IMG/VR virus record: IMGVR_UViG_3300027707_000021
Span: 1 to 58,148 of that record
DNA: 58,148 nt
DNA from: a virus
Taxonomy: Duplodnaviria > Caudoviricetes
Strand: one strand, 5' to 3'
Shown here: in pieces, positions 19,041-27,689 of the stretch
Position numbering within the stretch: position 1 is the stretch's first letter
How the letters are laid out: the number at the start of each line of letters is the position of its first letter
Notes under the pieces: model-generated
The model's input: only the letters and a program-made list of their open reading frames with translations
What the model was told of the DNA's origin: nothing
Database searches by the model: none
Translations under genes and position numbers: made by a program

Positions 19041-19286
19041 TTAAATATATATTTCATGTTCATCATGAACTTCTACAACTTTTCTATCTAATGATACAAA
19101 TCTTTCAGCTCTATAACCAATCCAATGTAAACCAAATTGAGTACGGCCTTCATTCACAATACCTTTAATGATATAGACTTTTTGTTCCATACCATTAACG
19201 TATTGTTGAATTACTTCATACTCAGTACCTTCTTTAACTGATGCTCCTTGAGGAAGTTTTGTATCATCTATGCAAACTACTTTCAT
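19041..19286 (-). CDS. hypothetical protein
   Basis: 81-aa ORF. Confidence 0.6.
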   Translation of the reverse strand: MKVVCIDDTKLPQGASVKEGTEYEVIQQYVNGMEQKVYIIKGIVNEGRTQFGLHWIGYRAERFVSLDRKVVEVHDEHEIYI

Positions 19287-19474
19287 GATAAATTAATCCA
19301 TAAATTTTTAAGATCTTCTTCTTCAGGGTCTTCATCTTCTGAATAAACATTACCAGTTCCCTGGCAATCATCACACATCATTGTTATATAACAACCACCG
19401 CAACATTCATTGCTGTAGTCATGACAATTCATTATTTCAACGGTGCCTACACCATCACAATTTGAACATTTCAT
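19283..19474 (-). CDS. DnaJ-type zinc-finger small protein
   Basis: CSNCDGVG and CDDCQGTG (two CxxCxGxG). Confidence 0.65.
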   Translation of the reverse strand: MKCSNCDGVGTVEIMNCHDYSNECCGGCYITMMCDDCQGTGNVYSEDEDPEEEDLKNLWINLS

Positions 19475-20568
19475 TTGCTTAAAGGATTATAATATTTAAC
19501 TTTCTTTGTATCAAAATCTTTTAAAGCTGTTTGTACCCATAATTCATCTTGAGTATCTTTATAACATAAGATATGACATGTTGCTTTTTCTGTTGGATTA
19601 AGACGTAATAGTCTACCAATCCTTTGAGCACTTTTTCTTTCATTACCATATGCATGCATAATAATACCCTGTTTTAAATTAGGAATAGTAACACCTTCAC
19701 TTAACTGTAATACACAAGACAACCTATCAATTCTACCATCTGAGAATAACTCTAGGTTTTCTTCATTTTTAGAGTTCCCAGAATGGTAGCTGTGTTTTGA
19801 TAGTTTATCTGCTTGTTTTTGAGTATTTGCAAAAATGATACATTTAGTTCCCAAATTGGGAAGCAATGATTTTACATACTCTTCTTTAGTTGTGTATTCC
19901 ATTAGAGCTCTCATTCTCATGATAGCTGCAAGTTGTTTAGCTTTTAATGATTGTGCTTCACCACATCTTGAAGTAACATACTCATAATCTTTTCTTTCTG
20001 ATGTCCACCAATGACCTCCTTGTTTTTTAGTTTTTTTCAAGGTCAACAATTTTGACAGTTCTAATTCATGTACTACTATCTGATAATCATTTAGTATTTT
20101 TGAATCAGTTGCTTCATCAATAGTAAATGTGTATTTAATTGGGCAGTATTTTCCTACCATTTTACCTTTTTCAGAATCATTGTATTTTGGTGGTGTACCA
20201 GTTAAACCTAAAATTTTACCTTTAAAGTTAAAAAGAAATTCAGAATGTGTTTCTAATAAATTATGACATTCATCCAAGTACACTATATCATATTCATTAG
20301 AGTTTTGTTTTCCTATTGAAAGATATGTGGTAAATGTTAAATGATCTGCAAGTTTTTCTATACCAAGTTTCTGTAGTTCTGTTAACCAAGATTCTTTAAT
20401 AGATAACTTTGGTATAACTACCAGTGCTTTTATAAAAGGATTGTAACTCTTTTGAAAGTGCTGAATAGCAATTCTAGTTTTACCAACACCCATACTTATG
20501 GCCAAACCACATCTTTTATGGCTTAATGCAATCTTTAACGCATCTTCTTGTACTTGTTGTCTGTTCAT
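19471..20568 (-). CDS. superfamily 2 helicase (DEXH)
   Basis: MGVGKT, LDECH, LTGTP, LSEGV, QRIGRLLR. Confidence 0.9.
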   Translation of the reverse strand: MNRQQVQEDALKIALSHKRCGLAISMGVGKTRIAIQHFQKSYNPFIKALVVIPKLSIKESWLTELQKLGIEKLADHLTFTTYLSIGKQNSNEYDIVYLDECHNLLETHSEFLFNFKGKILGLTGTPPKYNDSEKGKMVGKYCPIKYTFTIDEATDSKILNDYQIVVHELELSKLLTLKKTKKQGGHWWTSERKDYEYVTSRCGEAQSLKAKQLAAIMRMRALMEYTTKEEYVKSLLPNLGTKCIIFANTQKQADKLSKHSYHSGNSKNEENLELFSDGRIDRLSCVLQLSEGVTIPNLKQGIIMHAYGNERKSAQRIGRLLRLNPTEKATCHILCYKDTQDELWVQTALKDFDTKKVKYYNPLSK

Positions 20569-20584
20569 GTCTTAGTTTATATTA

Positions 20585-20842
20585 TTAGAATGCTATAGCA
20601 CTTTTAAGATGTATTGCATCCTTTTGCAATCTTTCATATTGTAATGCCATTTCAGTTATATCTAACTCTCTAAGATCTAATAATTTTTTAGTAATAGATT
20701 GAAGCATTTCATTTTGCTCTGTACTAGTAAAGTCTCGCCTAAGAAGATGTACAACTTTGTTTACATATTCACTTTTAATTTCTGGTTCTGGAGTTAAAAG
20801 GGTTAATAGTTTTGCTCTCCAAGTTTTTAATAATTTTTTCAT
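20585..20842 (-). CDS. hypothetical protein
   Basis: 85-aa ORF. Confidence 0.6.
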   Translation of the reverse strand: MKKLLKTWRAKLLTLLTPEPEIKSEYVNKVVHLLRRDFTSTEQNEMLQSITKKLLDLRELDITEMALQYERLQKDAIHLKSAIAF

Positions 20843-20869
20843 AAGTTTAAATTTTTGTTGTTTTTATTT

Positions 20870-21135
20870 TAGCACCCTCAATTATTAGAACATCTTGTTT
20901 ACTGCTGAGTATGATGTTAACTCTAATAACTAATAAGAGTAGGGTCACGTAGTTACTGGATGAACCCAAATAACTTACTTGCTGAGAACTCATTACACGA
21001 GTAGAGTGTGGTTTAGACAAGTGTCTATCTCTATTTAGTTCCACATTGCTTTCTCAAGGCAACTTACGTTCTACCATTACTGATAGTATCTTTATGTAAA
21101 TGCACAGGATTTCTCACATACAAAGTACAAAGGAT
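20870..21135 (-). ncRNA. candidate structured non-coding RNA
   Basis: Several stems, two GNRA-capped hairpins and an H-type pseudoknot (see findings). Confidence 0.5.
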
Positions 21136-21149
21136 CAATGTTTAGCCTT

Positions 21150-21188
21150 AATACCTATTTTTCACCAAAAATACCTATTTTTCACCAA
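21150..21188. repeat. 19-bp tandem direct repeat (20-bp period)
   Basis: AATACCTATTTTTCACCAA at 21150-21168 and 21170-21188. Confidence 0.9.
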
Positions 21189-21312
21189 TTTCTTCAATTA
21201 CAAGATATCTTACACCTTTTTTTGTTTGTTTAACTTTACCTTTTTGCATAAGTTTTTTAACAATTTCAGGATCTAATATATCAAAGGTATCTTTCATGTA
21301 TATAACTTTCAT
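21175..21312 (-). CDS. small basic protein (45 aa)
   Basis: Not in the track. MKVIYMKDTFDILDPEIVKKLMQKGKVKQ...; ATGA overlap with the upstream ORF. Confidence 0.5.
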   Translation of the reverse strand: MKVIYMKDTFDILDPEIVKKLMQKGKVKQTKKGVRYLVIEEIGEK

Positions 21313-21464
21313 TCTATTTCAAGATTAAATTCTTTAAGTTTATTAAGAACATGCTTTTCTGAACAACCTAATGCTTCAGCAGCTTCTTTATATGTTTTAT
21401 ATTTTAATACTGCTTTCTTTATAAGAGCATTCTTTGCTTCTTCTAAATTTAATATTTTAGTCAT
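21309..21464 (-). CDS. stand-alone Fis-type helix-turn-helix protein (51 aa)
   Basis: Not in the track. MTKILNLEEAKNALIKKAVLKYKTYKEAAEALGCSEKHVLNKLKEFNLEIE resembles HTH_8. Confidence 0.7.
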   Translation of the reverse strand: MTKILNLEEAKNALIKKAVLKYKTYKEAAEALGCSEKHVLNKLKEFNLEIE

Positions 21465-21670
21465 TATTTTATTTTAAAAATGTTACATATGATGGTTTTC
21501 TTAATTAACGTTTTATTAAAATCTTTAGTTAAGAATTTTATAAAATATAGGCACTTAACTTACTGATTTAAAGCTGATTATCATACTATTTTGAAGGTAT
21601 AAAAAAGACAAAAAACTATACTTATTATCAAGAAAAAATGCATTTTTTTGTATTTATTTTTTTTGTCATT

Positions 21671-21940
21671 TTATATTCTTTTATCTGAAAATCCAAGTTC
21701 AACTGCATCTTCAGAATTAAGTTCTATCCATGTATGACAGTTTCTACATACTGGTAACCAAGTAGTTATATCTAAATGATACTTACCTCTACCTTTTTTG
21801 TGGTGAACATCTGTTGCATGCAAAGAACACTGATGGATCTTTGCATGACAAACTGGATGCTCTGTTAAATAAACTTTGCGTATTTTAGAATACTCAGAGT
21901 TAAGCTGTGATAATTTGGCTGATACTTTTCTGATTGTCAT
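21671..21940 (-). CDS. small Zn-binding HNH nuclease
   Basis: C-x6-C, ATDVHH, VCRNCH. Confidence 0.7.
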   Translation of the reverse strand: MTIRKVSAKLSQLNSEYSKIRKVYLTEHPVCHAKIHQCSLHATDVHHKKGRGKYHLDITTWLPVCRNCHTWIELNSEDAVELGFSDKRI

Positions 21941-22454
21941 TTTCTTTTAAAGTAAAGAAATTCTTTGGCAATAAACCTTTAGACATAAATCTTAAGATTA
22001 CGTCTTCATAAGTAATACCCAAATCTTTTAATGTAAATGTGTTATTATAATCTTCCAATATTTCATCTTCTGGAATAGCAATAATACATTCTGCTGTTGG
22101 TCCATGAAATGTTTTACGGAATAAATCAATAATTCTTTTGTTACAAATAGTTTGTTTCCATGCATTTATCTCTCTTTGAGATCTTCTCCATACTTTAGAT
22201 ATTCTTCTTTTTTTATCCCAGTGTAGAGTTTCAATTTCTTGTTTATCATACACATTAAGGCCGTGTAATACTCTTTTAAACAAGAAGTGTTGATAGGAAT
22301 TTAACTTGTTGTAACTTAAATTATTAATGATTGATGGTGGATGTAATTGGTATTCTTCCAATAATCCATAGTACTGATACCGTGATTCACGGAGACTGAT
22401 GATGTTTTTTGATTCATCTGTCTGAAGCTGAGTTAATTGTTCTTGAGATAGCAT
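21900..22454 (-). CDS. hypothetical protein
   Basis: Probable start MLSQEQ at 22454. Confidence 0.7.
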   Translation of the reverse strand: MLSQEQLTQLQTDESKNIISLRESRYQYYGLLEEYQLHPPSIINNLSYNKLNSYQHFLFKRVLHGLNVYDKQEIETLHWDKKRRISKVWRRSQREINAWKQTICNKRIIDLFRKTFHGPTAECIIAIPEDEILEDYNNTFTLKDLGITYEDVILRFMSKGLLPKNFFTLKENDNQKSISQIITA

Positions 22455-22500
22455 ACATGTTTTGTTATAAAGTTTTAAGTGTGTAACGTAAGATATAAAC

Positions 22501-22525
22501 AAAAAAGGCTAAGGCACAAATAGCC
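22501..22525 (-). terminator. intrinsic terminator
   Basis: GGCTA-TTTGTGCCT-TAGCC followed by a T run. Confidence 0.55.
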
Positions 22526-22578
22526 ATTATTTAATTTCCTCTGATGGAAAACCTTTAATATTTATATGGGAGATTTAA

Positions 22579-23172
22579 TTAAAGTTCAAAAGTCTCTTCT
22601 TCTACAAGATCTAACTCTTCAACTTCATCTGTAGTTTCTATTTCATCAAATGAAACTGGAGCAACTACTTCTTCTTTAACATTGATACCAAATGCTTCTG
22701 CTGATGTAGCAACATCAACTTTAACTGAAGACTTTGCTAAATTGAAAGAGGAACCTCCATTAGCTTCTTTGATATCTTGACCATTAGTATGAGCAACTAA
22801 CACATCTTCTGCAGTGACATCACTTACATAAAATGTTTTCCTATAGATAGGTTGACCATCTTGACAACAAATAATACCAGTATCACCTGCATATTTGTAA
22901 TCTCTGTCTGGATCTGTGTTGTTAAAAGGCTCTAATGATTCTTTGATTACAATTTTACCAGGTAATGATTTAACATTTTCAAGGCCTAAACTTTGTAAGT
23001 CTTCTAACTTACCGTGTAATAATGTACTTAATATGGATTTCTTAACCCAACCCGTGTTACCAAAGGTTACTCTTTCTTGTTGTAGTCTTACGTGAGCAAA
23101 TTCTGAATTTGTACTAGACTGACGGATAACATTTCCCATGTCATCAGCAATGATGTTTACTTTACTTTGCAT
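22579..23172 (-). CDS. hypothetical protein with acidic tail (possible second SSB-like protein)
   Basis: Beta-rich N-domain, acidic C-terminus ending EEETFEL. Confidence 0.6.
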   Translation of the reverse strand: MQSKVNIIADDMGNVIRQSSTNSEFAHVRLQQERVTFGNTGWVKKSILSTLLHGKLEDLQSLGLENVKSLPGKIVIKESLEPFNNTDPDRDYKYAGDTGIICCQDGQPIYRKTFYVSDVTAEDVLVAHTNGQDIKEANGGSSFNLAKSSVKVDVATSAEAFGINVKEEVVAPVSFDEIETTDEVEELDLVEEETFEL

Positions 23173-23224
23173 TTCTTTTTGGTTTTAAATTTTTAAATGA
23201 TAAATGATTTGATGTATCTGGAGT

Positions 23225-23518
23225 TTAGATATCATCTGAATAAAAATATGAGTCATCTAATTTCTCATCATCTTCTATTTCATCTAACCCTGGTTCATGT
23301 TCTATGATTAATTCATCAATTAGTTCTTCTAATGAATCATCATCAATGTTTATGATAGTTGGGAGTGGTTTAGAAAATGAATTGTAAAAAGGATCACTCA
23401 CTTCTTTTGTATAACCTGCACTAAGACCATTTAAGTCTTTAACTTCATCATCAGACAAAGATAAATATTGCTCTACTGAGCACTCAATTATACGTCCATT
23501 TGGCAGCTGTATTATCAT
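23225..23518 (-). CDS. acidic hypothetical protein
   Basis: 97-aa ORF, preceded by TACATTTG (23549-23556). Confidence 0.65.
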   Translation of the reverse strand: MIIQLPNGRIIECSVEQYLSLSDDEVKDLNGLSAGYTKEVSDPFYNSFSKPLPTIINIDDDSLEELIDELIIEHEPGLDEIEDDEKLDDSYFYSDDI

Positions 23519-23639
23519 TTATTATTGTGTTACGTAAAGTATACACAACAAATGTATAATAATATAATTGTTATTAATAGCATAATTTTTCTTATTTTGT
23601 GATAGTGCAAAATATAAAGAGCATATATATAGCTAACGT

Positions 23640-23891
23640 TTATTTTATTGTTAGTTTTCTACCTACTCTTCTTATGTAATTACATGTTTTAAGTTCCTTA
23701 ATCAATCTGTTAGTAGATGATTGACTTATATTTAAGTCATCTGATAGTGTGGAGATTGATGGCCAACATGTTCTTTCTTTGTTTGCATAACAAGCAAGCA
23801 TTGAATACAGTGCTTTTGCTTGTACAGATAGGTTTGGATCTGATATTACTTCATATGAAACAATACCAAACCTACTTAATTTCTTGGACAT
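23640..23891 (-). CDS. helix-turn-helix protein (HTH_36-like)
   Basis: LSVQAKALYSML...CWPSISTLSDDLNISQSSTNRLIKELKTCNYI. Confidence 0.8.
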   Translation of the reverse strand: MSKKLSRFGIVSYEVISDPNLSVQAKALYSMLACYANKERTCWPSISTLSDDLNISQSSTNRLIKELKTCNYIRRVGRKLTIK

Positions 23892-24090
23892 GATCTCTCA
23901 TGATTAATAACAGTGCAGAGTTATGATCTGCTTCATTAAGAAGATTATCATCCCTAAAAGAGTATTTCTGATTCATAAATGTACCAAAACTCATAACTTT
24001 ACCTTTTGGTACATTTATTTCCATTGAATTTTTCATATCTATCCAAGATGATAACTCTGATTGTAATAAAGAGATTGTGATTTTTGACAT
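23872..24090 (-). CDS. hypothetical protein
   Basis: 72-aa ORF. Confidence 0.6.
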   Translation of the reverse strand: MSKITISLLQSELSSWIDMKNSMEINVPKGKVMSFGTFMNQKYSFRDDNLLNEADHNSALLLIMRDHVQEIK

Positions 24091-24092
24091 AA

Positions 24093-24668
24093 TTAAAAAG
24101 GTTCAAAGGTTAATTGATTTGTTATTGGTTTTTCAAAATCTGGTTTATTAAAATAAGGAATGTCTAACTTATCTATTTTAGTTAATTCTAATGGAGTTAA
24201 GCTTTCTTCAAACTCTATAACTTGCATATTTTTGTCATGATAATACAATTTTACTTTAAGAGTACTATAAAAAGGATTGTAATCTGTACTTGACCATCCT
24301 CCATCACGAACTACATAACCAAATATATTACCTTCTCCGTCACATAAACCCATATCACATAATATGTCTGACTCATAATGTTTTGAAACATGGTAGTTTA
24401 TAGGTTTTGTTTTAAAGTGATCACCAATAGCCAATGGCTGATAAAATTCATCAGTCATACCTAAATGGATTATATTTTCTATAGATGATTCTGGTAAATC
24501 TTTCAATAGTATATGAGTAATTGCATTTTTATTAGCAGAATTTTTAATGCTATCTGAATTAATCAAGTTTATAAAGACTTTGTTAAGCAGTGTTTTTGAT
24601 ATTCTATATGTTTCCATAATTGTTTTATGTAAATTAAATAACTCAACATATAAAATATGCTGAGTCAC
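24093..24668 (-). CDS. hypothetical protein
   Basis: 191-aa ORF; true start may be METYRIS. Confidence 0.65.
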   Translation of the reverse strand: MTQHILYVELFNLHKTIMETYRISKTLLNKVFINLINSDSIKNSANKNAITHILLKDLPESSIENIIHLGMTDEFYQPLAIGDHFKTKPINYHVSKHYESDILCDMGLCDGEGNIFGYVVRDGGWSSTDYNPFYSTLKVKLYYHDKNMQVIEFEESLTPLELTKIDKLDIPYFNKPDFEKPITNQLTFEPF

Positions 24669-24756
24669 TATTATTTAATGGTTTTACAAGGCCTAACTAC
24701 TAGTATAATAATATATAATATTACTGGTACTGTTAGTGTGTCATCCGTGATAGTTT

Positions 24757-24930
24757 TTAAAATGTTTTTTGATTTTTTTTATCTAATAAGTCTTTAAAAT
24801 CAATTTCAATTCCAATACAAATGAATAATATTTGTATAGTGTATTCTCCGTCACAGGCTATAAAAAAGCCAAATGCCCTTACAAAAGTAATATGAAATCT
24901 ATTTGTTAAGGATTTAATTATTTTTTTCAT
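24757..24930 (-). CDS. small hydrophobic hypothetical protein
   Basis: Probable start MKKIIKSL. Confidence 0.45.
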   Translation of the reverse strand: MKKIIKSLTNRFHITFVRAFGFFIACDGEYTIQILFICIGIEIDFKDLLDKKNQKTF

Positions 24931-24940
24931 GATTAAGTTT

Positions 24941-25225
24941 TTAGTTAAATGTTGAGTAATAGTCCATGTAATCTTCAGTTTCATCATTGTAATGGATTTC
25001 TACCAGTTTATATTCTTCCGCTAGTTCTCTTAGATGTTCGCTAGATACAACAGCATCTTGAATCTTTTCAAGTGATGGTATTTCTATTTTACTACGGTCT
25101 AATTTGAGGTGCTCATAACCATCAAAGAAATTCACTTGAGGTGAATCTTCTTCTGTGTATAGCATTATTCCAATTTTTGATTTGTACTGAATAAATTTTT
25201 CAGGGTTTAAAATGATTGCGTTCAT
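24941..25225 (-). CDS. hypothetical protein
   Basis: 94-aa ORF. Confidence 0.6.
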   Translation of the reverse strand: MNAIILNPEKFIQYKSKIGIMLYTEEDSPQVNFFDGYEHLKLDRSKIEIPSLEKIQDAVVSSEHLRELAEEYKLVEIHYNDETEDYMDYYSTFN

Positions 25226-25233
25226 GTTATTTG

Positions 25234-25440
25234 TTATTTAAGGTTATATTTTTTATCTAAGTCATAACCCACTATAACAGCTGGTATCCAACCAAATATC
25301 ATCATAAGCATTAATGTCACACCATGTGTGTAACATTCACGTAAGGATAGCTCTGAGAGCATCCAACCAATAAGACTCATAGAAGTCCATGTTGTAAGTA
25401 ATGAAGCCATTATAGCTAACATAATTTTTGTTGATTTCAT
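25234..25440 (-). CDS. two-TM membrane protein
   Basis: Probable start MKSTKIML; two hydrophobic helices. Confidence 0.6.
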   Translation of the reverse strand: MKSTKIMLAIMASLLTTWTSMSLIGWMLSELSLRECYTHGVTLMLMMIFGWIPAVIVGYDLDKKYNLK

Positions 25441-25451
25441 TTTATTTGTTA

Positions 25452-25718
25452 TTAAGGGATTAATTTCAATTCTCTTGCTCTTCTCCACATTTCTTGATAA
25501 CATTCCATATCTCTATTAATATTATCACCTGACATATAGTTTCCTGGTTCATCACCATAAACAATAGCAGCAGACTTAGTATAAACATCTAAATAAATAC
25601 CAAGATCATAGTTATCTCCTTCACTGTCTGTAAATGGTCCTAAATAAATACAATAGTTCCACATCCATTCTCTTGCACTAGGATAATACAAATGTGCATT
25701 TGCTAATAAGTTATTCAT
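25452..25718 (-). CDS. hypothetical protein
   Basis: 88-aa ORF. Confidence 0.6.
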   Translation of the reverse strand: MNNLLANAHLYYPSAREWMWNYCIYLGPFTDSEGDNYDLGIYLDVYTKSAAIVYGDEPGNYMSGDNINRDMECYQEMWRRARELKLIP

Positions 25719-25816
25719 ATTGATTTAGATATTAAAGTGATTAAGAATACAAATACTATGACAATAAGCCATATTATATTCTGTAATGTTTGATTATTCT
25801 TGTTCTCGTGATACAT
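25715..25816 (-). CDS. 33-aa single-TM peptide
   Basis: Not in the track. MYHENKNNQTLQNIIWLIVIVFVFLITLISKSI, ATGA-coupled to the next gene. Confidence 0.45.
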   Translation of the reverse strand: MYHENKNNQTLQNIIWLIVIVFVFLITLISKSI

Positions 25817-25830
25817 AATTTGTGTGTATT

Positions 25831-26215
25831 AAATCATCTATAGTTATTCATAATGAAAATGACCCCTCATTTTATATTGTGAAGGTGTATATGTACTACA
25901 TCCTACTGTTCTAGGACTGTAAATGATTTGTAATGTTAAATATAACTAACAAATAACAATGTATTTGTAAATTATATGTTGTGTTATAATAATAATCTCT
26001 CATAGTCCTCTAGATGTGTTAGTAGGAATGTTCCATACTATGAGAGAATATTATTTTTCTACTATAATTCTCTTTTGGTTTCAGGATGGCTCATATGGAA
26101 CTCCTGAAGGTTAACATATAAATCAACTATAGCATACTTCTAATGCTCTTCTAATGTTGCACCAAATATCACTTGGTAGTTGATTGTATCATAAAGGGCC
26201 CGTAGAAGAGCCCAT
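25831..26215 (-). ncRNA. candidate structured RNA region
   Basis: Two three-way junctions and three further hairpins in an ORF-free gap. Confidence 0.4.
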
Positions 26216-26222
26216 TATTATT

Positions 26223-26411
26223 TTAAATAGTATTCATTACTTCTTCAGGTGTAAGATCTTTATAATACTTAGTACATTCTGATTGAGCTCTCATTGCAAT
26301 AAGTTTATTCTGTAATGATTTAAGATCATCACGTTGATCATTGTTATCAAGCATGTACTTTTTTAATGTGTATTGTAACAACTCTATCTGCGCGTATGTT
26401 AATGTCTTCAT
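26223..26411 (-). CDS. hypothetical protein
   Basis: 62-aa ORF. Confidence 0.55.
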   Translation of the reverse strand: MKTLTYAQIELLQYTLKKYMLDNNDQRDDLKSLQNKLIAMRAQSECTKYYKDLTPEEVMNTI

Positions 26412-26704
26412 ATTATTAATTTCTTTTTTTTAATTCTTTTGATTGCTGCTTGTCTGGCATCTTTATTTATTAGTCTTAAGTTATCTTTATGTGTATAAAT
26501 AATCTTTTTAGTTCTTGGTGTCTCAAGTATAACTTGGTTATTTTGTGACCAACCTTTTAATACCCATACCATACCAGGTTTAGATGCCCAAGTACAATGA
26601 TATTTAGTACCCACTGTTAATTCAGCAGGTACTTTATCAATATCAAGTACTATTATTTCTTCAACATCTTTTTCCCAATTTTCTGGAAAATTAGACCAAC
26701 TCAT
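26408..26704 (-). CDS. hypothetical protein
   Basis: 98-aa ORF. Confidence 0.6.
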   Translation of the reverse strand: MSWSNFPENWEKDVEEIIVLDIDKVPAELTVGTKYHCTWASKPGMVWVLKGWSQNNQVILETPRTKKIIYTHKDNLRLINKDARQAAIKRIKKKKLII

Positions 26705-26766
26705 AATTAAGGTGTTATATACTCTGGATCATTGGTCCATGAGTATCTTTGGTTTAAATTATTCAT

Positions 26767-27036
26767 TTAGATATCTTTTAAAGATTTACCTACAGTTCTA
26801 AAGATTAGAAAGTCTTTTTCCCAATTCATACCAGTGTAACTGATTTCAATTAAGGATTGATAACTATCTTTTCTATATAGTTCAATAGGTGTTACTCTAA
26901 TATCTTTATCTACCATAGACAAAGGAGCTAATACACTTTCATTAAATTCATTGTTGTTGACTCTGATTCTAAAAGTGTTGATTGATGTACCATTTACTGA
27001 GATGGTTTTCATTCCAAATACATTGATTCTTTTCAT
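26767..27036 (-). CDS. hypothetical protein
   Basis: 89-aa ORF. Confidence 0.6.
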   Translation of the reverse strand: MKRINVFGMKTISVNGTSINTFRIRVNNNEFNESVLAPLSMVDKDIRVTPIELYRKDSYQSLIEISYTGMNWEKDFLIFRTVGKSLKDI

Positions 27037-27325
27037 AATTTCTGTTTAATTAATATTGTTTGATTATTTGATTGTTCCGGGTAATATGGCTCTTATCCTA
27101 TAGAGAGAGATAAGAATAGTATAAGGGAAGAAGAATACTATGAGTAACTACTACTATTCATTATGCTAGCTATATATAATAATAGCAGTGAGTATAATTA
27201 TGAGTGTGATTAGAGTATAAATAAGTGGATATGAGATCACCTATATAACTACACACACACAAATAAATAATAAAATGCTAGCAAATACAAGGGTTAAGGG
27301 ATGATTAGTAACCATCCCTATCAAT

Positions 27326-27655
27326 TTACATTGCTTCCACCCAATAGAGTGTTGTTTCTTCCCCTGTTACAAGGTCAACCACTCTATTATCAGATAATTT
27401 AAAGCCAGGCATCTCATCTCCTGCGTTCAACTTTTTTTGAAGTTGTGCAATTGTTGGATGATTGGCTTTCATTACTGTGTTAGTCTCTGGATCTATTAGA
27501 CTAAGAACACCAAATGTAATACTATTTTGGGTTCTTGTTCCAACACTGATGCCGGCTAACGTTCCTATCTTTGATTGGATAGGTGCAGATGTTACAATAA
27601 TGGTAGCAGTTCCCGTGCTATCATTCACTCTCAATTTTCTAAAAAATACTGACAT
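27326..27655 (-). CDS. early protein, paralog A (MSVFFRK family)
   Basis: 85/109 aa identical to 28401..28730. Confidence 0.85.
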   Translation of the reverse strand: MSVFFRKLRVNDSTGTATIIVTSAPIQSKIGTLAGISVGTRTQNSITFGVLSLIDPETNTVMKANHPTIAQLQKKLNAGDEMPGFKLSDNRVVDLVTGEETTLYWVEAM

Positions 27656-27689
27656 AACTAATTTAATTAATTTATTTTATTGCAATAGT

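Noticed and set aside
20847-21044. 65-aa ORF from the track
   Set aside because: GTG start, atypical composition, and it overlaps the structured-RNA candidate; probably spurious
20870-21135. Assignment to SAM-II/V riboswitch, pistol, twister or hammerhead ribozyme
   Set aside because: The conserved core nucleotides of these families could not be matched by eye
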